DNA from: Zymomonas mobilis subsp. mobilis ATCC 10988
GTDB taxonomy: Bacteria > Pseudomonadota > Alphaproteobacteria > Sphingomonadales > Sphingomonadaceae
NCBI RefSeq assembly: GCF_000175255.2
Contig: NC_017262.1
Location: 330,001 to 362,000, forward strand
Length of the DNA stretch: 32,000 bases
Direction: 5' to 3'
Position 1 is the stretch's first letter; every line of letters starts with the position of its first letter. The position numbers and the translations under genes are program-made. Shown here in pieces: positions 8,192 to 18,726 of this stretch. The notes under the pieces are model-generated. The model saw only the letters and a program-made list of their open reading frames with translations. It did not search any database and was not told the origin of the DNA.

Positions 8192-9139
8192 ATGGAAACC
8201 CGCTCCAATTATATCCTTGTTGGAAGTATTACGCTGATATTGCTGGCACTTATTGCCACAGTTCTGGTCTGGATAGGCCGCGTTTCTGGAACGGAAACGC
8301 ATCAGTATGATATCTTTTTCCATCAATCCGTCGATGGCTTGGCAAAAGGCAGTTCGGTCTCCTATTCCGGCGTTCCTTCCGGTCAGGTGAAAGAAATCAA
8401 GCTGTTACCCAATAACCCTGATTTCGTTCGGGTCAGAATCAGCCTGAATGCCGATACGCCGGTTCTTGAAGGTACAACGGCCACGATCTCTAGCATGGGC
8501 TTTTCCGGTGTCAGCCAGATTACCTTGGCGGGGGGCGTCTCCGGTGCAAAACCAATTGAAAATCACGGACCTTTTGGCGTTCCGGTTATTCCGACAAAAC
8601 CAGGGGCTTTAGGGCAGTTATTGAATAGCGCACCGCAGCTTCTCGAAAGAATTACAACACTGACCGAACGGATGAGCGATCTTCTGAACGATCACAACCA
8701 ACGTTCTATTGCGCGTATATTGGACAATATGAATACGTTATCCGGTAATCTCGCCAATCAATCACCTAAAATGCGGCAAATCATGGATGATGCCCATCAT
8801 GCTTTGGTGAATTTAAGCGATGCGGGTCAACAAATTTCAGAATTAGCCCAGACCACCAATAATACGGTCAAGCAGGACATCCATCCCGCTACGGCACATT
8901 TAAAAGAAACGGTCATGGCTGCTCGTGACAGTATGCAAAATCTGAATGATATGCTTTTGGATGCGCGCCCTGGGGTTCATCATTTCTCAAATGAAACCAT
9001 GCCCCAATTTGATCAGCTTGTGCATGACCTGCATGATATGATTGGCAGTATGTCTTCCTTAACTGACCGCCTTAACCAGACGGGTGCCGAGGGGATGTTA
9101 AAAGGCCAGTCATTGCCCGATTATAAGCCAAAGGATTAG
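8192..9139 (+). CDS. MlaD-like MCE-domain substrate-binding protein
   Basis: N-terminal TM helix, then FFHQSVDGLAKGSSVSYSGVPSGQVKEIKL..DTPVLEGTTATISSMGFSGVSQITLAGG (MCE domain). Confidence 0.92.
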   Translation: METRSNYILVGSITLILLALIATVLVWIGRVSGTETHQYDIFFHQSVDGLAKGSSVSYSGVPSGQVKEIKLLPNNPDFVRVRISLNADTPVLEGTTATISSMGFSGVSQITLAGGVSGAKPIENHGPFGVPVIPTKPGALGQLLNSAPQLLERITTLTERMSDLLNDHNQRSIARILDNMNTLSGNLANQSPKMRQIMDDAHHALVNLSDAGQQISELAQTTNNTVKQDIHPATAHLKETVMAARDSMQNLNDMLLDARPGVHHFSNETMPQFDQLVHDLHDMIGSMSSLTDRLNQTGAEGMLKGQSLPDYKPKD

Positions 9140-9144
9140 GTATT

Positions 9145-9771
9145 ATGGATTATCGTTATACTTCAGCCTTGATACTGCCTCTGGCGGCGCTTTTGACGGC
9201 GGGATGTGTTAATCTTGGAAATAATAAACCGCCTAAAAATTTGCTTACGCTGACCTCTTCTGCGGCACCGGCAGCTAATAGTGACCTGACACAGAATAAA
9301 CCCCTGTTGTTGGTAGTGCCACCTGCGGTGCCTGCGGAATTAAAGGTAACCCGTATTCCGGTGACAACCAGCCCGACGACGGTTGCCTATTTAACGGATG
9401 GTGTTTGGGTTGATTTACCCTCCCGTCTATTCAGCAATATTTTGTCTACGACCATTGCCAGCCATAATCACTTTATGGTTGTCAATTATCGGGCAGCGAC
9501 GGGTGCCGCTTACCATTTGACGGGCAATTTAACGGCTTTTGGCTTGGATGCGGCACATCATCAAATTGTGGTGAGCTATGATGCCTTTTTACGCGGCAGC
9601 AAAGATCACCGGACAGAAACGGTTACCAGTCGTCATTTTGAAATCAGACAGCCCGCTCAAAAACAAGATGCGGTCAGTGTCGCCAATAATCTGAATACAG
9701 CGGCCAACCAAATGGCTGGGCAAGTGGCAGACTGGTTAGATCAACAACAGGTAACCGCCCCTGCCTCCTGA
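9145..9771 (+). CDS. ABC-type transport auxiliary lipoprotein (PqiC/LptE-like component of the MCE system)
   Basis: Lipobox LLTAGC, conserved context after mlaD, YLTDGVWVDLPSRLFSNIL and related motifs. Confidence 0.8.
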   Translation: MDYRYTSALILPLAALLTAGCVNLGNNKPPKNLLTLTSSAAPAANSDLTQNKPLLLVVPPAVPAELKVTRIPVTTSPTTVAYLTDGVWVDLPSRLFSNILSTTIASHNHFMVVNYRAATGAAYHLTGNLTAFGLDAAHHQIVVSYDAFLRGSKDHRTETVTSRHFEIRQPAQKQDAVSVANNLNTAANQMAGQVADWLDQQQVTAPAS

Positions 9772-9988
9772 AAATAGCTTTTTTGGGATCACGGCTTTCT
9801 TTTTATGCTGTATCACGTTAAGAGCGCGTAAGTCTCGGCAGTTTCGGCTGCCGAAGACGCTTTTACCTGTCGGTATTTTTAGCATTTTTGTGCGTTATCT
9901 TTTGTAAAAGCCTGATGTTAAAAATTCGGCTGAATTTGAAACTTTGGCAGAATTCCATTCTGCTCGTCAAAAATTAAAGAGGCTTCAT

Positions 9989-10207
9989 TTGGCAAAAGAA
10001 GAATTACTCGAAATGCGTGGTCGCGTTGTGGAATTGCTTCCCAATGCGATGTTCCGTGTTCAATTAGAAAATGACCATGAAATTTTGGGTCATACGGCTG
10101 GCAAAATGCGGAAAAATCGCATCCGCGTTCTGGTCGGCGATGAAGTTTTGGTCGAACTGACCCCTTATGATCTGACCAAAGGGCGGATCACCTACCGCTT
10201 TAAATAA
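9989..10207 (+). CDS. infA: Translation initiation factor IF-1, TTG start
   Basis: (L/M)[78 protein letters not shown] at 9976-9982 precedes TTG at 9989. The longer track ORF from 9944 is less plausible. Confidence 0.93.
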
Positions 10208-10212
10208 ATTTT

Positions 10213-10821
10213 ATGGCATCCTCGCTTATTCTTGCTTCTGCCAGTCCTCGTCGGCTGGCATTGCTAGCACGCATCGGTATTAAACCCGAGTTTGTTCTTC
10301 CTGCCGATATTGATGAAACACCGAAAAAAGGTGAACTTCCGCTCGAATATGTCCGGCGGATGGCAACAGAAAAGGCAGAATGGGTAGCCTCCCGCCATTC
10401 GGAATGCCATATTTTGGCGGCGGATACGGTGGTCGCTGCTGGTCGTCGTATTTTGCCCAAAGCAGAAGACGAAAAACAGGCGACATCTTATCTTAAGCTG
10501 TTATCAGGCCGTAGGCATCGAGTGCTAACCGCTGTTGCGATACAAAAAGATGATGCCCCTACGACCGTAAAGGTCTCTTCAAACATCGTTACCTTCAAGT
10601 CTCTTAGTCCTCGGGAAATCGAAGATTACGTCGCCAGCGGCGAATGGCGAGGCAAAGCAGGCGGCTACGCTATTCAGGGTTATGCTGAATCTTTTATCCG
10701 TTTTCTAGCAGGCAGCCATTCTTCAGTGATGGGCTTACCTCTTTACGAGACACGGCATCTCTTGATGAATGCCGGTTGGCCGATTTCGGCATCCTCTTCT
10801 TTCCAAGAAGAATACGCCTAG
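10213..10821 (+). CDS. maf: Maf-like nucleotide pyrophosphatase
   Basis: LILASASPRRLALL, YVRRMATEKAE, ILAADTVV, LSGRRHRVLTAVAI, GKAGGYAIQGYAESFI. Confidence 0.93.
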   Translation: MASSLILASASPRRLALLARIGIKPEFVLPADIDETPKKGELPLEYVRRMATEKAEWVASRHSECHILAADTVVAAGRRILPKAEDEKQATSYLKLLSGRRHRVLTAVAIQKDDAPTTVKVSSNIVTFKSLSPREIEDYVASGEWRGKAGGYAIQGYAESFIRFLAGSHSSVMGLPLYETRHLLMNAGWPISASSSFQEEYA

Positions 10822-11835
10822 ATGCCTTCCTATGAATGGTTGATTGAAAAGGGTATCGGCGAAACCCGTGCTGCTCTCTTGGCTGATGACTCTATTATTC
10901 AGGCAAGGATCGAAACGGACAGTTCTGCATTGCGAGCGGGCAGCATTATAGACGTCCGCTTATCTGATTCCGCCAATGCTACAGGGCGAACATTAGCAAC
11001 AACGGATAAGGGCGATTCTGTCTGGGTTGCCTCAGTGCCGCGCGCTCTGACGCAAGGTAGTCTGCTGCGGGTTGAAATTATCCGCGAAGCCGTAACCGAA
11101 CGCGGTATTATCAAACCGCCTCACGCCCGCCCTGCGCTTCCAGATGCCCTTCCCCAAGAGGGGGCTTCCCTCGAAATGCGGGTTAAGGCCAGTGGCTATC
11201 CTGTCAGTTATCAGCAAAATCATCAGCCTGACCGGCTAGAAAAATTGGGCTGGTCAGAAGTTATCGAACAAGCGCGCTGCGGTGATATTGATTTCCCCGG
11301 TGGTCGTTTGCGTATGGCGTTAACGCCTGCCCTTACCCTTTTCGATATTGACGGTCATCTTGGGTCGCTGGATTTGGCTTTAAAAGGCACAGAAGCTACC
11401 GCCAAAGCCATTACCCTTTTTGGTATTGGTGGCTCAATCGGCATTGATATTCCTGGATTATCCGGAAAATCAGACCGACAAAAGGTAGCCGAATGTCTTG
11501 ATCAGCATTTACCTCCGCCTTTTGAACGCACGGGTGTTAATGGTTTCGGTTTTTTGCAAATTATAAGACAGAAAAAACGGCCATCTTTACCCGAACAGAT
11601 TGCCGCTTATCCGATCGAGCATGAAGCACGCCAATTATTACGGCAGGCTTGCCGCGCGAAAGGTGCTGGGAAACGGATTTTAACCGCTTCTCATTTTGTT
11701 ATAGACTGCCTTAATCGCCATCCTGACTGGCTGGAAGCCTTGGCACGGGAAAGTGCTGCCGAAATTATCTTGAAAGCAGATCCCATGCGCCCAATCTATC
11801 AAGGTGATGTCGCCGTTGAATTTCCGGCCTTCTAA
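10822..11835 (+). CDS. Short ribonuclease E/G family protein
   Basis: 337-aa ORF starting directly after the maf stop; EWLIEKGIGETRAALL, GGRLRMALTPALTLFDIDG, FGIGGSIGIDIPGL, ERTGVNGFGFLQIIRQKKRPS. Confidence 0.82.
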   Translation: MPSYEWLIEKGIGETRAALLADDSIIQARIETDSSALRAGSIIDVRLSDSANATGRTLATTDKGDSVWVASVPRALTQGSLLRVEIIREAVTERGIIKPPHARPALPDALPQEGASLEMRVKASGYPVSYQQNHQPDRLEKLGWSEVIEQARCGDIDFPGGRLRMALTPALTLFDIDGHLGSLDLALKGTEATAKAITLFGIGGSIGIDIPGLSGKSDRQKVAECLDQHLPPPFERTGVNGFGFLQIIRQKKRPSLPEQIAAYPIEHEARQLLRQACRAKGAGKRILTASHFVIDCLNRHPDWLEALARESAAEIILKADPMRPIYQGDVAVEFPAF

Positions 11836-11851
11836 TCTCTGCTATCGAAAG

Positions 11852-12043
11852 ATGACCATGCCATCAGCAACCAGAAAAAACGCCCATAAAGGTAAATGCC
11901 CAATATGTGGCGCGCCGACCAAAGCTGAATTTAGACCTTTTTGCAGCCGTGGCTGCCGTGATCGGGATTTGCTTAATTGGCTAGGGGATGCCTACCGTTT
12001 GCCAGTGAAAGATTTACAAGCTGAAGATGACGAATTTGATTAA
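11852..12043 (+). CDS. yacG: DNA gyrase inhibitor YacG
   Basis: Small protein with CPICGAP..EFRPFCSRGCRDRDLLNWLGDAYRLP (4-Cys zinc motif). The track ORF starts upstream at 11804. Confidence 0.9.
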   Translation: MTMPSATRKNAHKGKCPICGAPTKAEFRPFCSRGCRDRDLLNWLGDAYRLPVKDLQAEDDEFD

Positions 12044-12078
12044 ATTATTAAATATATAAGAAAAAAGAAAAAATATAC

Positions 12079-12106
12079 TGGACAAGACCCGAATACATTC
12101 TTATAC
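12079..12106 (+). promoter_or_regulatory. Putative sigma70-like promoter for tRNA-Phe
   Basis: TGGACA - 16 nt - TTATAC, about 30 nt upstream of the mature tRNA 5' end. Confidence 0.45.
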
Positions 12107-12135
12107 GCCCACCCAGACGAGAGAAAAACTCTCAA

Positions 12136-12211
12136 GCCCAGGTAGCTCAGTCGGTAGAGCATGTGACTGAAAATCACAGTGTCGGCGGTTCGATTCCGTC
12201 CCTGGGCACCA
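12136..12211 (+). tRNA. tRNA-Phe(GAA)
   Basis: GCCCAGGTAGCTCAGTCGGTAGAGCATGTGACTGAAAATCACAGTGTCGGCGGTTCGATTCCGTCCCTGGGCACCA: complete cloverleaf, anticodon GAA, encoded CCA. Confidence 0.98.
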
Positions 12212-12263
12212 CTCACATTCCCTAAAAATTTATCTGAAATACAAACTGCTCTTCATGCGCAGA

Positions 12264-12719
12264 TTATTTTTCTATTTCAGGAAAAAGACTTCCCTGCACA
12301 TCCTCTGCTTTAGATTTGCGTTTCTTCAGCAAGCTGGGCGTAGCGGCCTTCGTTTTTTTAGGCGGCACTTCTTTTTGTAAATCCAGCCAATGCGCAATTA
12401 CGTCAAGAATATAGGCCTGTTCCTCTTGGCTAAGGGATTTACCCGCTTCAATTCTGTGCCATTTCTCGATACAGCCCCGACAACAGGTTCCGGTAGCATG
12501 TTGTGCCAAAAAGATGGGATGCCCCTTATAAGGCGTCTGCTTGCCATCATTCGGTATTTCCGCCGGAGCTAATCTCTGGGCAATAAAATCCTTGCCATGC
12601 TCCAGAATGGTTTCCATCCCCTTATTCGCTAAATATTGCTGTTCTTGAACACCAAGGCGAAAACGACGACGGAAAGAAGAGCGACTTAAACGCTCGAATA
12701 ACACATCCAAATTTGCCAT
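12264..12719 (-). CDS. DUF4186-family protein
   Basis: From internal Met: MANLDVLFERLSRSSFRRRFRLGVQEQQYLANKGMETILEHGKDFIAQRLAPAEIPNDGKQTPYKGHPIFLAQHATGTCCRGCIEKWH; the CCRxCxxKWH pattern is typical of this family. Confidence 0.75.
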   Translation of the reverse strand: MANLDVLFERLSRSSFRRRFRLGVQEQQYLANKGMETILEHGKDFIAQRLAPAEIPNDGKQTPYKGHPIFLAQHATGTCCRGCIEKWHRIEAGKSLSQEEQAYILDVIAHWLDLQKEVPPKKTKAATPSLLKKRKSKAEDVQGSLFPEIEK

Positions 12720-12819
12720 TTCGGAATAATAGCACCGACATTCTTTGATGCCGAGAAATAAAAAGGCCAGAAGTCCAAATGACATCCGACCTTTTTATTA
12801 AAAATAGGCATGGTTTTTA

Positions 12820-13608
12820 TTAGGCAGAGGGATTCTGCTCATTTTCTGGCAATGGTGGAATCCGACCTAAAATAGCCTGCCGCTGGAAGATATCCTGCAC
12901 CAGACTCAAAGACATCAGATGTGCATAAACCAAGGGAAGCAGGCCAAATTTAACCATTTTCCGCAGAACATCGCCGCGAAGCTCTTTCAAGCGTTCTTCA
13001 GACACGATTTGGAAGCTGCGGTACACATAAGGCTTTGAGGCGTCATTGGGCTGGATAGCCACTTCACCATCAATCAACAGCTTATGTTCCATCAATTCGG
13101 CGACAAAATCATTGGTTCTTTGGGCTGAAATGGCAAATTGTTCACAAAAGCCCAAAATGTTTTTGGTAAATTCGCTTGGCTCGTCACCCTCAAAAAGGGG
13201 TTCACCATCCTCGAATTCTCCCACCATGCCACGGCTAGGATCAACACAAAGCGACATATCTTCGCTTTTAGGATCAATCTTGGCCAACATGAAAGGATAA
13301 CGGCGGATATAGGCCGGTAAATAAATATGACTTTCCCGACAATTGCCTTCTTCATCAAAGAAAACATTGACCCCGTCATTAAGTCCCATCAAAGCCAAAG
13401 GCACTGGATTTGGACCCGATGAAAAAACAATCGGGAAATTGCGTTGAGCCATGCCGAATTCTTCGACAGCTAACGGAATGGCGTGGATTTCCGACATAAA
13501 AGGCAGCTTGTCCTGCAAGCGGAAACGCCAATTTTTATGATCGTGACGGGAAATCGGGATAAGTTCGTTATAAAGAACCGGCAAAGCGTTAGTCGGCCTC
13601 GAAGCCAT
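12820..13608 (-). CDS. SapC family protein
   Basis: LPVLYNELIPISRHDHKNWRF, FPIVFSSGPNPVPLALMGL, YIRRYPFML, CVDP, LFxGDEPS. AGGAG precedes the internal ATG at 13608 (the track ORF extends to 13635). Confidence 0.82.
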   Translation of the reverse strand: MASRPTNALPVLYNELIPISRHDHKNWRFRLQDKLPFMSEIHAIPLAVEEFGMAQRNFPIVFSSGPNPVPLALMGLNDGVNVFFDEEGNCRESHIYLPAYIRRYPFMLAKIDPKSEDMSLCVDPSRGMVGEFEDGEPLFEGDEPSEFTKNILGFCEQFAISAQRTNDFVAELMEHKLLIDGEVAIQPNDASKPYVYRSFQIVSEERLKELRGDVLRKMVKFGLLPLVYAHLMSLSLVQDIFQRQAILGRIPPLPENEQNPSA

Positions 13609-13746
13609 TCGTTTTCTGCTCCTGTAATGATACAAATATCGGTTAAAGAAGAAAGCTTACAACATATAAAGGATAATGGCTGAAAATTATAAAAATATTT
13701 GATCCCATGATAAAGATATATACCGGATGTGACTTTTTATAATGTC

Positions 13747-15192
13747 TTACTCTGCTTGTTCGACAGGTAATAATTTGCCGGGATTCATAATAGATTGCGG
13801 ATCTATCGCCTTTTTGATCGCCTTCAAGGCCTGTATTTTTGTTTTATTTCCGAAACGCATAAAATCAGCTAATTTTGTTTGCCCAATGCCATGCTCGGCT
13901 GAAATCGCACCCCCATTGGCCATAACTCTCTCGTAAACAAAATGAGAAACGGCGATACCTTCATTTTCGACCCATCCCAGCTGATCAGTAACCTCTTTCG
14001 GGGGGCAAACATTAAAATGGACATTACCATCCCCCAAATGTCCAAAAGCTAACACCGTAGTTCCGGGGAATTTTTCCTGAATAGCGCGGCTCTCCTGCTC
14101 AATAAAGGACGGCATCGCACTAACCGGCACAGAAATATCGTGTTTTACAGCAAAACCTTCCGATCTCTCCGCTAAAGGAATCGTTTCCCGCAAGCGCCAC
14201 AGCTTTCCGGCTTGGGTTTCATTCTGGGCAATGACCGCTTCCAAAATTTCTTTCTTTTCAGTGGCATCGGCCAGAATATTCACCATCAAGGCTTCCAAAT
14301 CGAAATCTTCTGAAAAGGCCGTTGCTTCTATGAGAACATACCAAGGATAGGCTTTTTCAGTTGGAATTTCGGTATCGGGAATATGTTTTAGAACCAGTTC
14401 AATAAGGCTGGATTCTATCAATTCGAAAACTTCGACGGTCTCCCCGCTTTCTTTTTCCAAATGGCGCAACAAAGCCAGCGCAGCAGACGGCGATTCTACG
14501 CCTACCCAGATCACTATTTTTGAATGCGGTTTAGGAATTAAGCGAAGACTGGCAGCGGTAATAACCCCCAGACTCCCTTCGGCTCCAGCCAATAGCTGGC
14601 GCAAATCATAGCCTTGATTATCTTTTCGTAACGGACGCAGGTTTTCTAACAGAGAGCCATCAGGGAAAACGACCTCTATCCCCAGAACAGAAGCCCGCAT
14701 TTGACCAAAGCGCAAAACATGTGAGCCTCCCGCATTGGTCGAGATCAGCCCCCCGATAGTCGCCATATCTTTTGAAGCGATATTGAGAGGAAAACGTAGA
14801 TTATGTTTATCGGCAGCTTCATGAAGCGCGGACAAGATCACGCCGGCCTCAACCGTCGCACAGCTTTCTTCTGGCGAAATAGCACGGATAGCGTTTAATC
14901 TTTTGGTTGATAGTAAAAGAGCAGCCCCATCCTTTGATGGCGTGGCACCCCCTACCGTAGAACTATTGCCTCCCTGTGGCACTACAGCGACTTTTGCTTC
15001 GCTGGCCATTTTCATAATCGCAACAACCTCTTGGGTTGAAGCCGGAGAAAGAAGGGCGGCGGCCTCTCCTTTCAATTTGCCCCGCCAGTCTTCCAGATAA
15101 GGTGCCATCACTACAGGATCTTGTGTAAATCCTTTGGGACCCAGCAATGCTTTTAATGCATCAAGCAAAGCCTTTTCTGGCTGACGGGACAT
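13747..15192 (-). CDS. FAD-binding oxidoreductase (D-2-hydroxyacid / glycolate dehydrogenase GlcD-like)
   Basis: 481-aa ORF: VVPQGGNSSTVGGA, NIASKDMATIGGLISTNAGGSHVLRFG, GSLGVITAASLRL, AFGHLGDGNVHFNV, SAEHGIGQTKLADF. Confidence 0.92.
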   Translation of the reverse strand: MSRQPEKALLDALKALLGPKGFTQDPVVMAPYLEDWRGKLKGEAAALLSPASTQEVVAIMKMASEAKVAVVPQGGNSSTVGGATPSKDGAALLLSTKRLNAIRAISPEESCATVEAGVILSALHEAADKHNLRFPLNIASKDMATIGGLISTNAGGSHVLRFGQMRASVLGIEVVFPDGSLLENLRPLRKDNQGYDLRQLLAGAEGSLGVITAASLRLIPKPHSKIVIWVGVESPSAALALLRHLEKESGETVEVFELIESSLIELVLKHIPDTEIPTEKAYPWYVLIEATAFSEDFDLEALMVNILADATEKKEILEAVIAQNETQAGKLWRLRETIPLAERSEGFAVKHDISVPVSAMPSFIEQESRAIQEKFPGTTVLAFGHLGDGNVHFNVCPPKEVTDQLGWVENEGIAVSHFVYERVMANGGAISAEHGIGQTKLADFMRFGNKTKIQALKAIKKAIDPQSIMNPGKLLPVEQAE

Positions 15193-15317
15193 AGCAAATC
15201 TCCATGAAATACCCTTTTAAGAGATTCTTATAAGACTCCCTTTTAAAACAGGTAACTTCAATTTTTTCTCGTGACAATTTAACATTATAGTTTAAAAATT
15301 TTCTATAAAATGAAATT

Positions 15318-16181
15318 TTATTTATCAAATGTCAAGCATTGAAGCTGATCTGTTTCGATCATCTCGGTAATGCCATCAAGCTGTAGGCAGTTCGGAGATT
15401 GGCGCGAGAAAGGACTCTGCAAATCCCGACCCAGACGATTCAGAATGAAGAGAAGGAAACCCACAATCGTTGTCGCCAAAGGCGTGGCCAGCCCCAAGGT
15501 ATCAACCGCACTAATCGGCAAAACGACACAGAAAAATTCAATGAACAACATCGGAAAGATGGTATATTGATAAGGCAAAGGCGTAGATTTTATTTTCTCC
15601 ATACCCCCTTGCGCATGGGCAATCGCGGTCATCGTATTTTCAAGCATTTGTAGCTTGATACTATCGATATTTTCTTTTTCAGCTATCACTGAAATCTGTT
15701 TTCCGGTTTCTGCCAAGATAAGATTAGGGACATTATTACCCTCTCTTAACTTTTCGCATTCTTCAGCGGATAAAAATCTTTTAATGTCTTCTTTCGGGCT
15801 AATATCAAATAACCGGCACCGCAAAGCATGGACATACGCAATATGGCGATGGACTAATTGCTTTTGCTGCTCTCTATCTCGAAATACCATCAAGACTTCA
15901 CGGGAAAAATTACGGGAGTTATTATTCATCAATCCCCATAATCCGCGCGCATCCCACCAACGTGCATAGGCACTATTGGTTGAAAAACCGATAAATAAAA
16001 TAAGCGCAGAACCCAAAACGGTCGTTGGTGCAGTTGGCACCTCCATCCATAAAGGCCATTCGGGATTATAGACATAAAGAGCCGTAACCAGAATATCCCA
16101 AGCCAGCAAAATCCAAAGTGAGGCGCCGACATAAGAAAAGACGTCTTTGGTGCGACTGATTCGTCCACGGATAGGGGACAC
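15318..16181 (-). CDS. Bestrophin family (UPF0187) anion channel-like membrane protein
   Basis: LILFIGFSTNSAYARWWDARGLWGLMNNNSRNFSREVL, QYTIFPMLFIEFFCVVLPISAVDTLGLATPLATTIVGFLLFILNRLGRDLQSPF. Confidence 0.87.
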   Translation of the reverse strand: MSPIRGRISRTKDVFSYVGASLWILLAWDILVTALYVYNPEWPLWMEVPTAPTTVLGSALILFIGFSTNSAYARWWDARGLWGLMNNNSRNFSREVLMVFRDREQQKQLVHRHIAYVHALRCRLFDISPKEDIKRFLSAEECEKLREGNNVPNLILAETGKQISVIAEKENIDSIKLQMLENTMTAIAHAQGGMEKIKSTPLPYQYTIFPMLFIEFFCVVLPISAVDTLGLATPLATTIVGFLLFILNRLGRDLQSPFSRQSPNCLQLDGITEMIETDQLQCLTFDK

Positions 16182-16302
16182 AGATTCTCCTTTAATTTAA
16201 AACAATCATAACGCCCTAGGCGCTAAAAAGATGCAGGATGAGGGCATGAAAAGGCAAAATATTTCACCTTTTCAAAACTCACCCCATAAGGCTAAGGCCT
16301 GA

Positions 16303-17408
16303 TTAGTATAAAGCCTGCCAGACAGTCAGCGCTTGCGCCGTATCTCTGACATCATGGACGCGCAATAATTGGACACCCTGATCGGCCGCATGAAGCGCAA
16401 TCGCCAAAGAGCCGCCCAATCTTTCTTGAGGATGGGTGTCACCTGCAAAGGTAATAATCAGTTTTTTACGACTTGCCCCCAGCATCAAGGGACACCCCAA
16501 ACCGTGGAACAAGGCAATGCCACGGATCAAGGCAAGATTATCCTGAAAACTTTTACCAAAACCGATACCGGGATCAATAATGATCCGGTCACGGCTAATA
16601 CCGGCCGCTTCCGCAACCTCTATACGCTTTTCGAGCCAGTTATAAACCTCGATCAGAATTTTTTTAGAAGACCCTTCATGGATTGAGCCTTCTTCATGAT
16701 GCATCAAAATGACAGGATAAGATTTTTCTGCTGCGACAAAGAGAGAATTTTTGTCCCAACTCAAAGCAGATACATCATTAAAAATAGCCGGGGTCTGTTC
16801 CCATACAGCGGAAATCACCGAGGATTTCCGGGTATCAACCGATATCGGGAGAGAAGCTTCTTTCAGCTTCTCAATCACCGGCATGACCCGCAATTTTTCT
16901 TCTTCTTCTGATACGGCTTCGGCTCCGGGACGGGTAGATTCGCCGCCGATATCAATCAAAGATGCGCCCTGATCCATCATCGCCTTGGCCATGTCACAGG
17001 CCGCATCAACGTTATCTTGATATAAACCGCCATCTGAAAAACTGTCAGGCGTCACATTTAAAATACCGACAATATGGGTATGGTCTAACCGGATCTGGCT
17101 TTTACCTAATTGGATAGCTGCTCTTGGTGCCACAATCCTTGAAATGGTTCTATAGGCATCCAACTGCATTTCTGTTGAAAGGCTGTTCAAAAAGCTATTG
17201 ATATCCGCAACAGAAATCACCCGTTCTTGAACAATTTCGCCTTTTGAAACCATGATAACGGAAAAAGCGCCAAACCATTTCAAGCCTCCAGCCAAACGAA
17301 ATGTTGCACCCGAAGGCGCCATCGGTGCATTCACAAAGGCGGTCGGACAAAAATAAAGACGGATATCGGTCATTTCAGGTACTGAAACATTTTGGTTATA
17401 AAAAGACA

Positions 17409-17409
<1 letters not shown>
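16303..17409 (-). CDS. folP: Dihydropteroate synthase
   Basis: IVGILNVTPDSFSDGG, GASLIDIGGESTRPGAEAVS, PISVDTRKSSV, FNDVSAL, IIIDPGIGFGKSFQDNLALI, GASRKKLI. ATG at 17409 overlaps the upstream TGA (TGATG). Confidence 0.95.
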
Positions 17410-18587
<1,178 letters not shown>

Positions 18588-18726
18588 TTACTGTGATTCA
18601 ATGCGACTCTTCGGTCAAGAGGCTTCATTGTAAAAATACAAAAGCGGTTATGGATAATGATTGAAGTGATTATTTTATAGCTTCAAAAAATGTAGAAAAA
18701 GTAACGAAAAAGAGGTCAAAGGCATC

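Noticed and set aside
9944-9988. N-terminal extension of IF-1
   Set aside because: Not homologous to IF-1; a better SD-spaced TTG exists at 9989.
12136-12211. tRNA-Phe as an integration site of a genomic island
   Set aside because: No integrase, no direct repeat of the tRNA 3' end seen in the flanks, and neighbouring genes are ordinary chromosomal genes.
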